A DNA stretch of 64,000 nt from Octopus bimaculoides (lineage: Eukaryota), in the NCBI RefSeq assembly GCF_001194135.2, contig NC_068984.1:127235226-127299225 (forward strand). The letters run 5' to 3'. The notes beneath the pieces were generated by a model that made no database searches, had not been told where the DNA came from, and worked only from the letters and a program-made list of their open reading frames with translations. Shown piece by piece: positions 1-11,731 of the stretch (positions are counted from its first letter, which is position 1; each line of letters starts with the position of its first letter). The translations under genes and the position numbers were made by a program.

Positions 1-45
1 AGGGTTAGGGATAGGGTTAGGGACAGGGTTAGGGTTAGGGTTAGG
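1..45 (+). repeat. Degenerate (TTAGGG)n telomere-like repeat, truncated by the window edge
   Basis: AGGG TTAGGG ATAGGG TTAGGG ACAGGG TTAGGG TTAGGG TTAGG read directly from the sequence. Confidence 0.9.
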
Positions 46-153
46 ATCGACCACTCAAGACTAGCTAGTGCGGACGCGCGACTGCGCGTTCGGGACCGTG
101 CTGCTTTAGTAGTACCCTTATGTAGGTGTGCCGGTTCAGTGAGTTATCTAATA

Positions 154-445
154 CAGGGGTTATCAAACTTTTTGACTTGCAGACCCCTTTATATTTCAGG
201 CTTTACCTTAGGGACCCCCTTATAAACGCTTATGAAATTTATACATAAATATTTGCTTAAAATAACATATATTTTTACATTTATTTATTTAACAGTATTT
301 GACAAATAGGTTTTTTGTCAATTAAAAGATTTCTATTAAAAAACATATAAAATCAAATTGCCATAAAAAGTATTTGCTGTCTACGGACCCCGTCTTGTCC
401 TTGCGGACCCCCTGTGGTCCGCGGACCACAATTTGAAAACCCCTG
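154..445. mobile_element. hAT-superfamily MITE (292 bp)
   Basis: Terminal inverted repeats CAGGGGTTATCAAAC / ATTTGAAAACCCCTG (13/15 match). Perfect 8-bp TSD ATCTAATA at 146-153 and 446-453. No ORF. Confidence 0.9.
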
Positions 446-745
446 ATCTAATAGACATCAATGAAAACAGCCTTCCGTACTCGGCGAGTTATGTGATATT
501 TGAAGATAGTCTATAATGTTTTTACATATACTATTAGCTGGCTTATTTATGCCTGTGTCTATTCACGTAACTGCCCTTATCTTTTCCTTTATTTATCTAT
601 TTCATTCTCCTGTTTCCCCCTCCCTGTTACGCACTGTTTACTTCATAATACACGGACACGTGTGTGTGTATGTAATATATCTTCTATCTTTTGTTTTAGA
701 CATTAGACTGCAGCAATTCTGGGACACTGCTTTGAATTTTTAGTT

Positions 746-1055
746 GAATTAATCAACCTCAATACTTACTCCGTAAAGTTTTGTACTTATTCTATCGGTT
801 ACTTTTGCCGAACCGCTATGTTACGGGGATGCAAACATACCAGCACCGGTTGTCAAGCGGTGGTTGGGTGGGGGGACAAACAGACAGAAACACACACATA
901 TATATATGACAGGTTTCATTCAGTTTCCGTCTACCAAATCCACTCATAAGGTTTTGGTAGGCCCGTGACTATAGTAGAAAATACTTGCCCGAAGTGCCAC
1001 GCAGCGGGACTGAACCCGGAATCATGGGAAGCAAGCTTCTTACCACACAGCTACA
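746..1055 (-). mobile_element. tRNA-derived SINE, family A (degenerate copy)
   Basis: Reverse complement of the full-length family A copies at 28506 and 35587. Confidence 0.8.
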
Positions 1056-1699
1056 TGTTTTAAAATTTTTTTAAAGCCAAAACAATGCAAATTATAAAAA
1101 ACTTAATAATTATAGTCCGACGAACGGGAACTTGAAATCTGAGTAACAGACACACACACACACAAAAGCCTGGATATTTTTTTTTTTCGAAGCTAACTTC
1201 CTGCAAAACATAAGGGAAATTTTAGTAATTCTATTCTTGACCAAATAACCATTAAAATTAAGTTGTCACCGACATTATCCATGGCAAATACGCAAGAAAT
1301 CACAGAATCGTTTATTCCCATTTCTTGGAATAATATCAAATTCGTACAATTTATTATTTAAAAACAATACTATTCTTCTATTTCACTTCCTCTCTTTACT
1401 AGGGCCATTAACTTTGCTAAATCGATAAACAACAATTAAGGTTCTGCCATCGATATAACAGCCCCATCTTCACTATTATACACAGTTTAATGATTAATTA
1501 ACACAGAAAATTCGAACTTGTTATTTGATTGGACTTCCGACATAATATACCAGCTGATGACTTGTCTACAAATAAATATCGATATTTTCTCCTAGTGGTT
1601 TGTTTCATTGTTGCGTTTTGTCGAAATTAAAATTACAATTCAACAACACAGATTCATATATGTACCTGCAGAGAAGATAAGACATAAGCTAAAAGAAAA

Positions 1700-1990
1700 A
1701 GAAAAAAATGAATCGGTGACAAACATTTTCTCACGGTCCCTCCCCTCCTGAGCCACAGACTCATAAGGCCGGTTTTCCGGCTTCTGTGACGTATATATTC
1801 CCCACCCACTGGACTGGACTGGACGCCGGTCCGTCGCAGAATGATTCATTTTGCCTATGAGTGGACTGGAGCAACGTAAACCGAAGAGTCTTGCTCAAGA
1901 ATACAACACGTTGCTCGATCCAAGAAGCGAAACCACAATCTTACGATCATGGGTGCAAGATCCTAACTTCTAGGCCACGCACGTCCAAGC
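1700..1990 (-). mobile_element. tRNA-derived SINE, family C
   Basis: Shares the CTTGAGCAAGAC/AACAC core and tRNA-like head with copies at about 7795-8040 (+) and 30190-30365 (-). Confidence 0.65.
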
Positions 1991-2000
1991 GTGTAAATAC

Positions 2001-2201
2001 TGATTTCAAATTTTGGCACAGGGCCAGTAATTTCGGGGAAGGGCAGTTAGTCGATTACATCGACCCCTAGTGGTACTTATTTTATCGACCCTCAAAAGGC
2101 AAAGTTGATCTCAGCGGGATTTGAACTCAGAACGCAAAGACAGACCAAATGCCACTAAGCATTTTGCCCGGCGTACTAACGATTCTGCCAGCTCGCAGCC
2201 C
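2001..2201 (-). mobile_element. tRNA-derived SINE, family B
   Basis: Reverse complement of the family B copy at 38866 (GAGCTGGCAGAATCGTTAG...GTTCAAAT B-box region). Confidence 0.8.
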
Positions 2202-2449
2202 TAATAGCGTGTAAATATTCATTTAAAGACCTGTGTACAAGCACAGCAGTTGTGTATTTTCGACTGTGGGCCCTGTTTTCTAATTGGGGAAATTTGTGAC
2301 AATTTTTAAATTTTTTCATACTGGTGTACATGTATGTATGTTTGCAGACAGAGCGATGAAGATGTAACAATATCATTCCTTCTAGGTCAGACAATTGAAC
2401 ACGTTGCCCCCGACTGCCATTTCTACCGTTCAAAACACCATGAGTGACA

Positions 2450-2720
2450 GCGACAACAGCCGCAGCATCGGCGATCGCAGCAGCAGCAGCAACAGACGAA
2501 ACAGCAACGTACGGAAGCAACAACGGTGACAGCAGCAGCAGCAGCAGTCGTAGCAGCAACAAGCGCAGCAGCAGCAGTCGTAGCAGCAACAAGCGCAGCA
2601 ACAACAAGCGCAGCCGCAGCAGCAACAAGCGCCGTAGTGGTAGTAGTAGCAGCAATCACTATAGTGGCAGCAGCAGCAGCAGCAGCTTTCGTCGTTGTAG
2701 TGGTAGCCGTAGTGGTAGAT
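2450..2720 (+). repeat. Imperfect (CAG/CAA/TAG) trinucleotide repeat tract, CpG-rich, just upstream of the ABCD gene
   Basis: Runs of GCA/CAA/GTA with an internal duplicated 30-mer, CAGCAGCAGCAGTCGTAGCAGCAACAAGCG. It accounts for the six low-complexity ORFs in the track. Confidence 0.85.
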
Positions 2721-3027
2721 ATACAATAACACACTGCTGCCCTTTTGCTCTATCTTTACTTCTTTTTCTTTTACGTTTTCTCTAGTAATGTCGATCATCT
2801 TTACGTCCACTGGCTGGCCTCCATAACCATGTTTTCTTCCCTTCAACTTAGTCCTTTTTGTCATCACTTACACTCTCAATAACAATCGGAGCAAAACAAT
2901 AACAATGGCTAAGGTACTCTGTAGTTATTAGTAGTGAAAGCGGGGGAAGACAAACACTTGGAGTGAGGGACTTCGTTTCTTCATTTTTTTTCTTTTATTC
3001 ATTATTATTTTGTGTTATGTTAGGAGA

Positions 3028-3888
3028 ATGACAGTGATATCGAAGTTCCTTTCTCAGTCCAGTGTTGTCGCTAACTTCAGTCGGAAACAAGGCACCAAAA
3101 AGGCGACACTAGCAGGCTGTTTACTGATCGCAGCGGCTGTCTATGGAGCCAAGAAATGTCCCCACATTTTCGACGTTCTTCGACGAAAGGGGACTTCAAA
3201 TGTAAACCTTCAGCTATCTTCAACAGCGGCAGACCAAGCTGTTGTAAAGGACAAAAAAGAAGCAGAAGAAAACATTCCACGAACAAATCGAACTATTCGT
3301 TCAAAAAAATCTCCAGCTGTAAACAAAGTGTTTTTTGATCAAATTCGTTTCTTGCTGAAGATTGTTATTCCGGGAATATGGACAAAAGAGTTCGGAATAC
3401 TCTCTTTACATACCTTGTCTTTAATCTGTCGGACATTCCTGACTATCTACGTTGCATCTCTGGATGGTAAGATTGTGAAGACAATAGTACAGAAAGACGC
3501 CTTTGAGTTCATGTTGCAGTTGTCTAAGTGGATCGGCATCGCCATACCTGCCACATTCGTCAACAGTCTTATAAGGTTTGTGGAGAGCAAGCTTGCTCTT
3601 GCCCTTCGTACCCGGCTGGTAGATTATTCCTACCAGAAATATTTCCACAACCAAACCTACTACCGTGTCAGTAACCTGGACTGTCGCTTGACCAACGCTG
3701 ACCAATGTCTCACAGATGACATCAATGTGTTCAGCCAGTCACTTGCTCACCTCTATTCTCACCTCACTAAACCTTTACTGGACGTAGCTATCATGACTTT
3801 TACTCTTTATAAACTAGCCAGAAACCGTGGTGCAAGCTCCAGGATACCAACATTAGTGGCTATCGTCGTCGTCTGTGTTACAGCCAAG
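3028..3888 (+). CDS. ABCD1/ABCD2: Peroxisomal ABC half-transporter ABCD1/ABCD2-like, coding exon 1 (MTVISKFL...VVVCVTAK)
   Basis: ATG at 3028. Transmembrane-domain sequence typical of ABCD ([49 protein letters not shown]). Donor AAG|GTAAGT at 3889, phase 0. Confidence 0.95.
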
Positions 3889-4953
3889 GTAAGTTTAACC
3901 CCCTCTGCTTTTATTATTCAATTTTCTACGTCGTTAGCTACGTTCTCAGTTCAAAACCCGCCGCCCTTACCCATGATACTGTGTGACACTATTAGGTTCC
4001 AAATTAAATGTTCCAAACCCACCACTGTCGGGGGTTAAAAGGAGATCTCTTCTACGCAGTAATTCCTTGATAACAAACCTACTGAAATATAAACACCTAC
4101 GTGCTGCTGTCATGTATATTGAACGCATTTATCTGTTGTATTTTGTTCCCCATTTATGACTAATATCGACCACTAGTTTCATTGATTCAAATGGGTTTTC
4201 TAAAAAAAAAAATGCTTCCTCCTATACTGTCATGACGACAGTGATGATGTCCCCACCCACCGAACACCGGATCATCAGACTAGTTAATAATTCCCTGTTC
4301 TCATCTCTTCACTCTCAGGGATAGTAAACCAGAAGATCGAACTCACCAAGCTTTTTCTTGGGATCTCTTTTTTCTGTTATTTTACAGTTTTACGACGTCA
4401 CTTTCATTCTTTAAGAAAAATATCAATAATAAACAACAATAATATAAATTTATAATATAAACACAAAACCACATTTAGGAAATGAGTGCAGTGGATAAGA
4501 TCGAACTTATTTTATTTGCATTAATAATCTTTGGACTGGGGAAAAGTACAATTAACCCCAACAGTATGTAAACATTAAAATGAGATCTGATGGAGCTATG
4601 TACCTCAAAGCTTTCTATCCGTTTCTACCATCCATCAGCCCTAGTGATGTTTAATAATCGCTGAGATTTGAACTCGCTGCGTTACATTTAGTACGAGACC
4701 CAACTGTATTTGTATTTAATATGTAAAACGATCCCCTGGGGTACTTTAATTCTGCCATATTGTAGATATGCATTATGTTTCTTGATCTGTGCCCTCATAC
4801 GTTGAACATGAACACAAAACATTAGAGTAGCAACATAGTTACTTTATGGTGTATAGAAATAACAAAATTTTTATGTATGTATATGTATGTATGTATGTAT
4901 GCGTAATCATTGTGATGCATGTGAATATATGTGATATATGCGTCTGTAAGCGC

Positions 4954-5015
<62 letters not shown>

Positions 5016-5444
5016 AGGCAACCAATTGGCAGACCGATAGGTTGTTATGTCGTAATTATTCCGGCTCTCTGCGCTGTGTTCAATTCCGACCGAGGTCGAT
5101 TATTTGCTCTATATCTCTCTCTTTCTATCTGTCTTTTCATAGGAAATCGGGTGTGGTCAGATCTGGCTAAGATCAATATCAGATCTGGAGAGAGATAGGC
5201 TTCAACAGGTATAAAAGTGCCTAAGACATGCTCCGTGTCACACGCCGCTCACGATTTCACTAAGGAGTTGAGGCCTCGTGGCAAGGCGCGCGCGCACACA
5301 CACACATTTGTACATACATGTATATGTGTGTGTGTACTATGCCTGTGAATATGTATGTGTATGCATATATATTTCATCTTTCACTTGTTTCAGTCATTGG
5401 AGTGTGACCATGCTGTGGCACTGTTTTGTAGGATTTAGTTAGGC

Positions 5445-5950
5445 GCATGCGTGGCTTTGTGGTAAGAAGCTTGCTTTCCAACCACATGGTTCCGGGTTCA
5501 GTCCCTCTGCGTGGCACCTTGGGCATGTGTCTTCTTCTACGACAGCCTCGGGCCAACCAAAGCTTTGCGAGTGGATTTGGTACGCGGAAACTGGAAGAAA
5601 CCCGTCGTATATATATATNNNNNNNNNNNNNNNNNNNNNNNNNNNNNNNNNNNNNNNNNNNNNNNNNNNNNNNNNNNNNNNNNNNNNNNNNNNNNNNNNA
5701 GGCGCGCGCGCACACACACACATTTGTACATACATGTATATGTGTGTGTGTGTATATTTGTGTTTGTTCCCCCGCCATCGCTTGACAACCGATGCTGGTG
5801 TTTATGTCCCCGTAACTTAGCGGTTCGGCAAATGAGACAGGTAGATTAAATACTAGGCTTACAAAGAATAAGTCCTAGGGTCCATTTCTTCGACTAACAT
5901 CCTTTTAAGACGGTGCTCCAGCATGGCCGCAGTCAAACAAGTAAAAGAAT
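5445..5950 (+). mobile_element. tRNA-derived SINE, family A, interrupted by an N-gap
   Basis: Head GGCGCATGCGTGGCTTTGTGGTAAG...GGTTCAGTCCC and tail ...CAAGTAAAAGAATA match the 28506 copy. Confidence 0.8.
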
Positions 5951-7526
5951 AAATGGATCCCAGTACTTATTTTCAAGTTTGGTAGTTATTCTATTGTTAT
6001 CTAATGGCAAACTACTTTTATTATGGAGATGTAAACAACCCAACACCAGTTGTAAAGTGGTGTATGGGAACATATACAAGACGAACACACATACACACAT
6101 GGCTTCCATACAGTTTCTATCTATTAAATTCATTTGATTACTAATATCAACCACTACATTAGGTCGTTAGGCTTCCATACAATTTCTATCTATCAAATTC
6201 ATTCACAAGGCATTGGTCGGCTCAGGACTATAGTAGAAGACACTTGCCCAAGGTGTCACAGTGGGACAGAACTCAAAACCACATGGTTGGGAAGCAAGCT
6301 TCTCAATCACACAGCCACATGCATACAGTTCCCTTTTGGCTAATTTAGTTTGCACTACTCAAGATAACTGCAGAAGTTGTTTGCCGGTTTAGTTAGATCT
6401 CTTCACATGTTAAGCACCAAACGCACAGTCTAACTGGTCGTCAGTAAGTCATATTCTCTGTTTGTCAATAAAAAAGCTATAACACTTCCATATTACATCA
6501 AGTCAGAACATGACAGTATTCAAAGATGATGATGGTGATGATAGTTGTGGTGGTGGTGATACAATAATTGTTGAATGTTTGTTATTGCATCTCTGGAGAT
6601 AAAAATTGTTTCATAGTTTAAATAATTTCACCACTCAACAAGTGGTTACTTGACCAACTAGAAATAAAAACCAAATCTCTATTAAATTCAGGTTCAGTCC
6701 CACTGTGTGGCACCTTGGATAAGTGCTTTCTACTATAGTCTCAGACCAACTAAAGGCGTGTGAGTGGATTTGATAGATGGAAACTGAAAGAAGCCTGTCA
6801 TATATATCGTCATCATTTAATGTCTGTTATCCATGCTGGCATGAGTTGGACAGTTTGATCAGAGCTGGCAAGCCTGAGAATTGCACCAAGCTCTGTTGTC
6901 TGCCTTGGCATGGTTTCTATGTCTGGATGCCTTCTTAATGCCAACCACTTTACAGGGAATACTGGGTGCTTTTTATGTGGCACCAGCACTGGCAGGGTCG
7001 CCAAGTAATTTGCAAGACAAAGACCTCTGACTAGAAGGGAGAGTTGTATTGAGAGGGGTGACTTTGTGCCATTTGAGAGGTCAAAGTATAATAGAAGGAT
7101 AGAAATAGGTATCTTGTTATAGAGGAGATAATAGGCTACCCCAGTTGGAAAAGAAAGGGTAGGAAAGAGAGATAGAGTTAAAAAGAAAGAGAGGCAGACT
7201 GAAAGAGAGAGATGATGATGGAAATGTGTTGGGACATACTTACAAGGTACAGTGGGTTGAATGTAGGTGGTGTAGAGAATTGGACTGGCTGACTGGGCAG
7301 GATAGGGGGGGACAGAGTGGGGATGGGTCATAAGAGTATGAGGGGAGATGGGCAGGGGTGACTGTAGCAAGGTGAGAGAAATAGGAGTGGCTCAGTGGAT
7401 ATGTGATATGTGGGGGCATTGAGAGTAATTGTGTGCAGGTAGGCACTGGGTAGTGATCATAGTTTGGAGAAGGGGGGGGGTGTTGGGAAGATGGGTAATG
7501 GGGGAGATGGTGAGGGTGACAGATTA

Positions 7527-9209
7527 CACAGGGAAACGAAGTTTTTGTTGCATCAATACCAGCACTTGTTCTTAACTCATTTGAGCATGCTGAATTCAAA
7601 TCTGAAGTTAGTTTTTCTCTGTAAGATCTAGATGTTATGCAATTCAACTTACTCTTTTTTCTTGAAATTTGGACACCTCTCACATGGTGACATGGCCGAT
7701 CTGAAAAATTTATGGCCATATAATCTTAAAATCAGACTCAAAGTAACCGCTTGATATATACACACACACACACTCATATATATATATATGAAGACACATG
7801 GCTTAGTGGTTAGGGTGTTACACTCACTATTACGAGATTGTGGTTTTGATTCCCAGACTGGGCATTGCATTGAGTTCTTGAGCAAAGCACTTCATTTCAC
7901 ATTGCTCTGTGATCACTTCATCATCTGACATGTGGCACATGTTGCACCTGTACAGGTAATGTCGATTTGATGGAGGGAGTGAGCTTATATGAACACAAAC
8001 ATTTGATCACTATAAACAAATCATCTGTGTGGTCTAATGACAGGAGAGTCCTATATATGTGTATATATATATATGTGGGTGTGTGTCTATGTGTGTGTAC
8101 TGATTAACAGATAACACTGGTCATCAAACTTATTGTTGCATTAATATCAATACTTGGTATTACATAATTTGAGTGCATAGATTTCAGATCTAAAGTTGGT
8201 TATTTCCTAAATGCTCTAATTTTTTTTGTAATCATGGTATTTCACAATCTCAAAATTTTGTCTTCCTCACATTGATGTCATAGTCTATCAGGAGAAATAC
8301 GTGATTAAACTCTCTTCAAATTAGCTGGATAATAAACAAGAAAACGCAAGATAGTATAAATTTATTTATTTAAGAACACAATTTGAAGCCCTTTTCCTAA
8401 TAAGCAAAGGTTATAGTTTATATAAACTGATTGATAAATAAGACATTAGTTACTATAAGGGGGCAAAGCACAATTGCAGTCTATTCGTGTGGGAGCTTGT
8501 GCTTGAAGCTCTTGCATTTGTGGACTGTCTCAGGGCAGTCTCACTTAATGTTCCAGCAGTTGTCTGCCATTATATGTTTGTCCCATCCTCCTTGGTAACA
8601 CTCTTCCATGGTCTTGAGGTCCTGATAGAACTGCTTACCTTGTTTGTCACTTACTGCTCCTAAGTTCTCAGGAAATCTATCAAGATAACTGTACATGAAA
8701 TGGAGTTTGACACTCATGTTACATCCAAGATTACGAAAAGCTGACAACATATTAGCTACGAGAGTTTCATAGTTGTCAGGCTTTTTATTACCGAGAAAGT
8801 TTTCTATAACCGCCACAAATGAAACCTATGTAGTCCTTTCCTTGTCGTTCATCTTTCTGGCAAATTCTTGATTACGTACAAGTGTATGAATCTGTGGTCC
8901 TTCAAACACACCTGCCTTGATCTTCTCAAAGGACAAAGCAGGGAGAGCAGGGCCTATGTGTTGGAAGCATTCACCATCAATATTTAACACTTTGACAAAC
9001 TGTTTCATCAAGTCCAGTTAGATGTGGAGTGAAGGTAATTAATTAATGTGACTACAAATGACTAGAATGCAAAACTAAAATTTACATGAAAACTAGAGCA
9101 TGTAGAACATAACCGTTTTCAGATTTGAATTTAGCAGGTTAAAAACTGTAAGAATTAGTTAAAAAAAATCTTATGCAACTGAGATTTCGGAAAAATTTCT
9201 TGTCCTGTG
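7527..9209 (-). mobile_element. Decayed DNA transposon, probably Chapaev-like (CMC), with C-terminal transposase fragments
   Basis: Both ends begin CACAGG, with TTA on both flanks (7524-7526 and 9210-9212). Minus-strand peptides MKQFVKVL...KIKAGVFEGPQI (8826-9011) and NFLGNKK...GCNMSVKLHFMYSYLDRFPENLGAVSDKQGKQFYQD (8541-8816). A SINE is inserted at about 7795-8040. Confidence 0.7.
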
Positions 9210-9239
9210 TTATGTGTATAGCAGAGGCATGGATGTAAT

Positions 9240-9960
9240 GAACATACTTGTATGGCCCAATTTACTTAGCTGAGCATATCTTCTCAAGCACAGTAAATTG
9301 CCAGATGTATAGAAATTATTTGTCAGCCATTCAATTAGGGCTTATGTTTTCATAATAAATTGTCTTTTTTTGTTTTAAAATTCAGCAGTTCCATTCTATC
9401 ATCACCTTTCTTCTGTAAAGTGATAATTCAGTTTGTCTAATGTAGTTTTCCAAGCATCCACAATGTCATGAACTAAACCAAATTCGGGGAGTTGCAAGTG
9501 AAGTTTTCTTTAATTTTAATGACTTGTTCATCCTTAAATTTGAACTCCAAGTTTGGTCTACCACATTTAGTAACCATGGTTTTGAAAACTTGTTTGAATC
9601 CTTTTTCCCTAGAATAATTAGGTTGCCTTTTACATTTGATGATTTGTTGATTTCCTAGAATTTTTTTTCAGTCATCCATCTTCAAGTAGGATGGGTAAGT
9701 TGTTCTGGATGTGACTAGATATTTTCATAATTTTGGGGGTTAATTGTAGATACATATGGCAAAACATTTTTCTAGGTTTTACTTTTCATTTTTCTGAGAT
9801 CATGGGAACCAAAACTTTTTGCCCTTTCTATTCCACATGTAATAAGATGAAATGCTCTTTGAATTAGTATCTCTTTCAATTCTTCCAATCTTAAATCACG
9901 TTTCGTTATGTTTGATATAATTGTGCAAATCTGTGTTTTGCTAAATTGAAAGGAATATTT
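9240..9960 (-). mobile_element. Penelope-like element remnant (3' end, GIY-YIG endonuclease region), with frameshifts and stops
   Basis: Minus-strand translation gives LPYVSTINP, VTKCGRP, IKENFTCNSPNLV*FMT, then after a frameshift GCLENYIRQT. This fits the PLE GIY-YIG pattern. Confidence 0.7.
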
Positions 9961-11501
9961 GCTATTGTATGAACAAGACCTGCTGCAAGCTATATCACCA
10001 GCTATGACAATATGCTAAATGGTTTAAAAACCATCTGCTGGCATGTCCTAACATTTCATAGCAAGGAAAAAATTCAAATATAAATTAACCATATAGTCAT
10101 AGTCAGTGATATAGCTTGAAGCAGGCCTTGTTTGCAGCATTGAAAAGTTGCAACAACGATGAAACATCAATGTCTGTCACTCTGAGAAAGGACCTGGTGT
10201 GAGTTGTCTTGTTTACCTATGACTTACTTTCAGGTGTTTTAAACACAAGGCACATTGAGAATATACTCTTTTACACCTAAAATGCAGTTGACCCACAATC
10301 TAACAACACACACACTTTATGTATGTATGCTCGATTTTATTTATATACTTCAAACTGCTTCTTATTCAAATTTAATTTTTACCATGGCATGAAACATTGG
10401 GACATGCCAGCAGATGGTTTCTAAACCATTTAGCATATAGTCATAGTTGGCAGTATAGCTTGCAGCAGGCCTTGTTTAGTACAGAACATTGGAAAACCAC
10501 AGCAATGATGAAACATAAATGTCTGTCACTCCAAGAAGGGACCTGATGTGAGTTGTCTCACTTGCCTATGACTTACTTTCAGGTGTTTTTAACACTAGGT
10601 ACATTGAGAAGATATTCTCTTATGCCTAAAACACAGCTAACTCTCAAACCAACAACACACACACACCTTGTGATTGTGTGTTTGATTTTGTATGTATATA
10701 CACAGAAGCAAACCTATATAGGTATTAATACATAAATCCAAGAGGGGTGAAGTTAAGTTCCCTAGAAGAAAAGATGTAGTAAGCCTCAGTAATGCAAAAA
10801 TTGCTTGATCCATGCTTATCCAAATAGAATTTGGCCATAGCTATTGTTTTCCAACTCTAAGGTTAATGTCTGCATTCTTAAGTTCCCATGGAGCTTCATT
10901 AATGCAGGGGTGTTACCTCTTGTGGGGTTTAGAAAGGAGTGAATGTGAGAGATTACTTGAAAGAGTTAGCTTTGAGGTATATATAGGATTTGGTGTCATT
11001 AGGGGTTATTATGTTTCTTTTGTAAACAGTAGGTTTTTAGCTTTTACAGGGCATAGTGTTGTGTTTGTGCATTTACTCTTGTGGTTATCAGAGTTAGTAT
11101 TAGTAGGGCAGGACTGGATCTTTCTAAGGCTGGAAGCAATAATTGCCTGAGCTGTTTACTATAAAATATTTAGCAAGAACACCATTAAGCTTTCATGCTC
11201 CAGTACACCTAACTTTGCCAACAGCAAAACTATCCTCTGGCCACATTTTTCTTTCTACTGCCAGCTTAAATTAGGAAATATAATGTAGTTCTAGAGAGCC
11301 CCTAATAAAGATAAGATGATCACAACAGAAATGACATTGATCAACCATAGTTCCATTTAGTCTATAACTACTGTATATGTACACTTGTATAAATACAAGT
11401 TGTGAGCTATATAACCAAATGTAGGTGGTTGTATATTCATTTCAATCTAATAAATCAAGAACAAAAAAGTCATCTGTATTATTGTTATTATTATTATTAT
11501 T

Positions 11502-11731
11502 AGTCAAGACAAAGAGCACGATTTGATTGTAAGATATTTTATTGGTTGAAGGATCTTTCAACAGTACGTCTGTCTTTGTCAAGTTCAAAATAAGAAGTGA
11601 TAAAAATTCAAAATTATAGTTTTTAATTTTTATCACTTCTTATTTTGAACTTGACAAAGACAAACTTACTGTTGAAATATTGTTCAACCAATAAAATATC
11701 TTACACTCAAATCGCACTCTTTGTCTTGACT
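11502..11731. repeat. 230-bp near-perfect palindrome (fold-back element)
   Basis: Arms 11502-11608 and 11625-11731 are reverse complements with about 8 substitutions and no indels. Confidence 0.9.

Noticed and set aside
1-45. True chromosome end
   Set aside because: The tract is short and degenerate, and its G-rich strand points toward unique sequence on the + strand, the opposite polarity for a left telomere
2176-2867. Six overlapping ORFs (Leu-, Ala-, Cys- and Ser/Arg-rich)
   Set aside because: They are translations of the trinucleotide repeat tract in different frames and contain no recognisable domain
3010-4038. 342-aa ORF taken as a complete protein starting at TTG 3010
   Set aside because: Homology starts at ATG 3028 and ends at the donor at 3889; the rest is intron read-through
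5285-5750. About 50-bp exact duplication (5285-5335 versus 5700-5750) across an N-gap
   Set aside because: It is microsatellite-rich and abuts a gap, so it cannot be distinguished from an assembly artefact
10700-11150. 112-aa ORF at 10812 and a possible LINE remnant on the - strand
   Set aside because: No motif could be identified with confidence; also left uncalled are similar weak remnants near 16300-16800, 20280-20830 and 22450-22850
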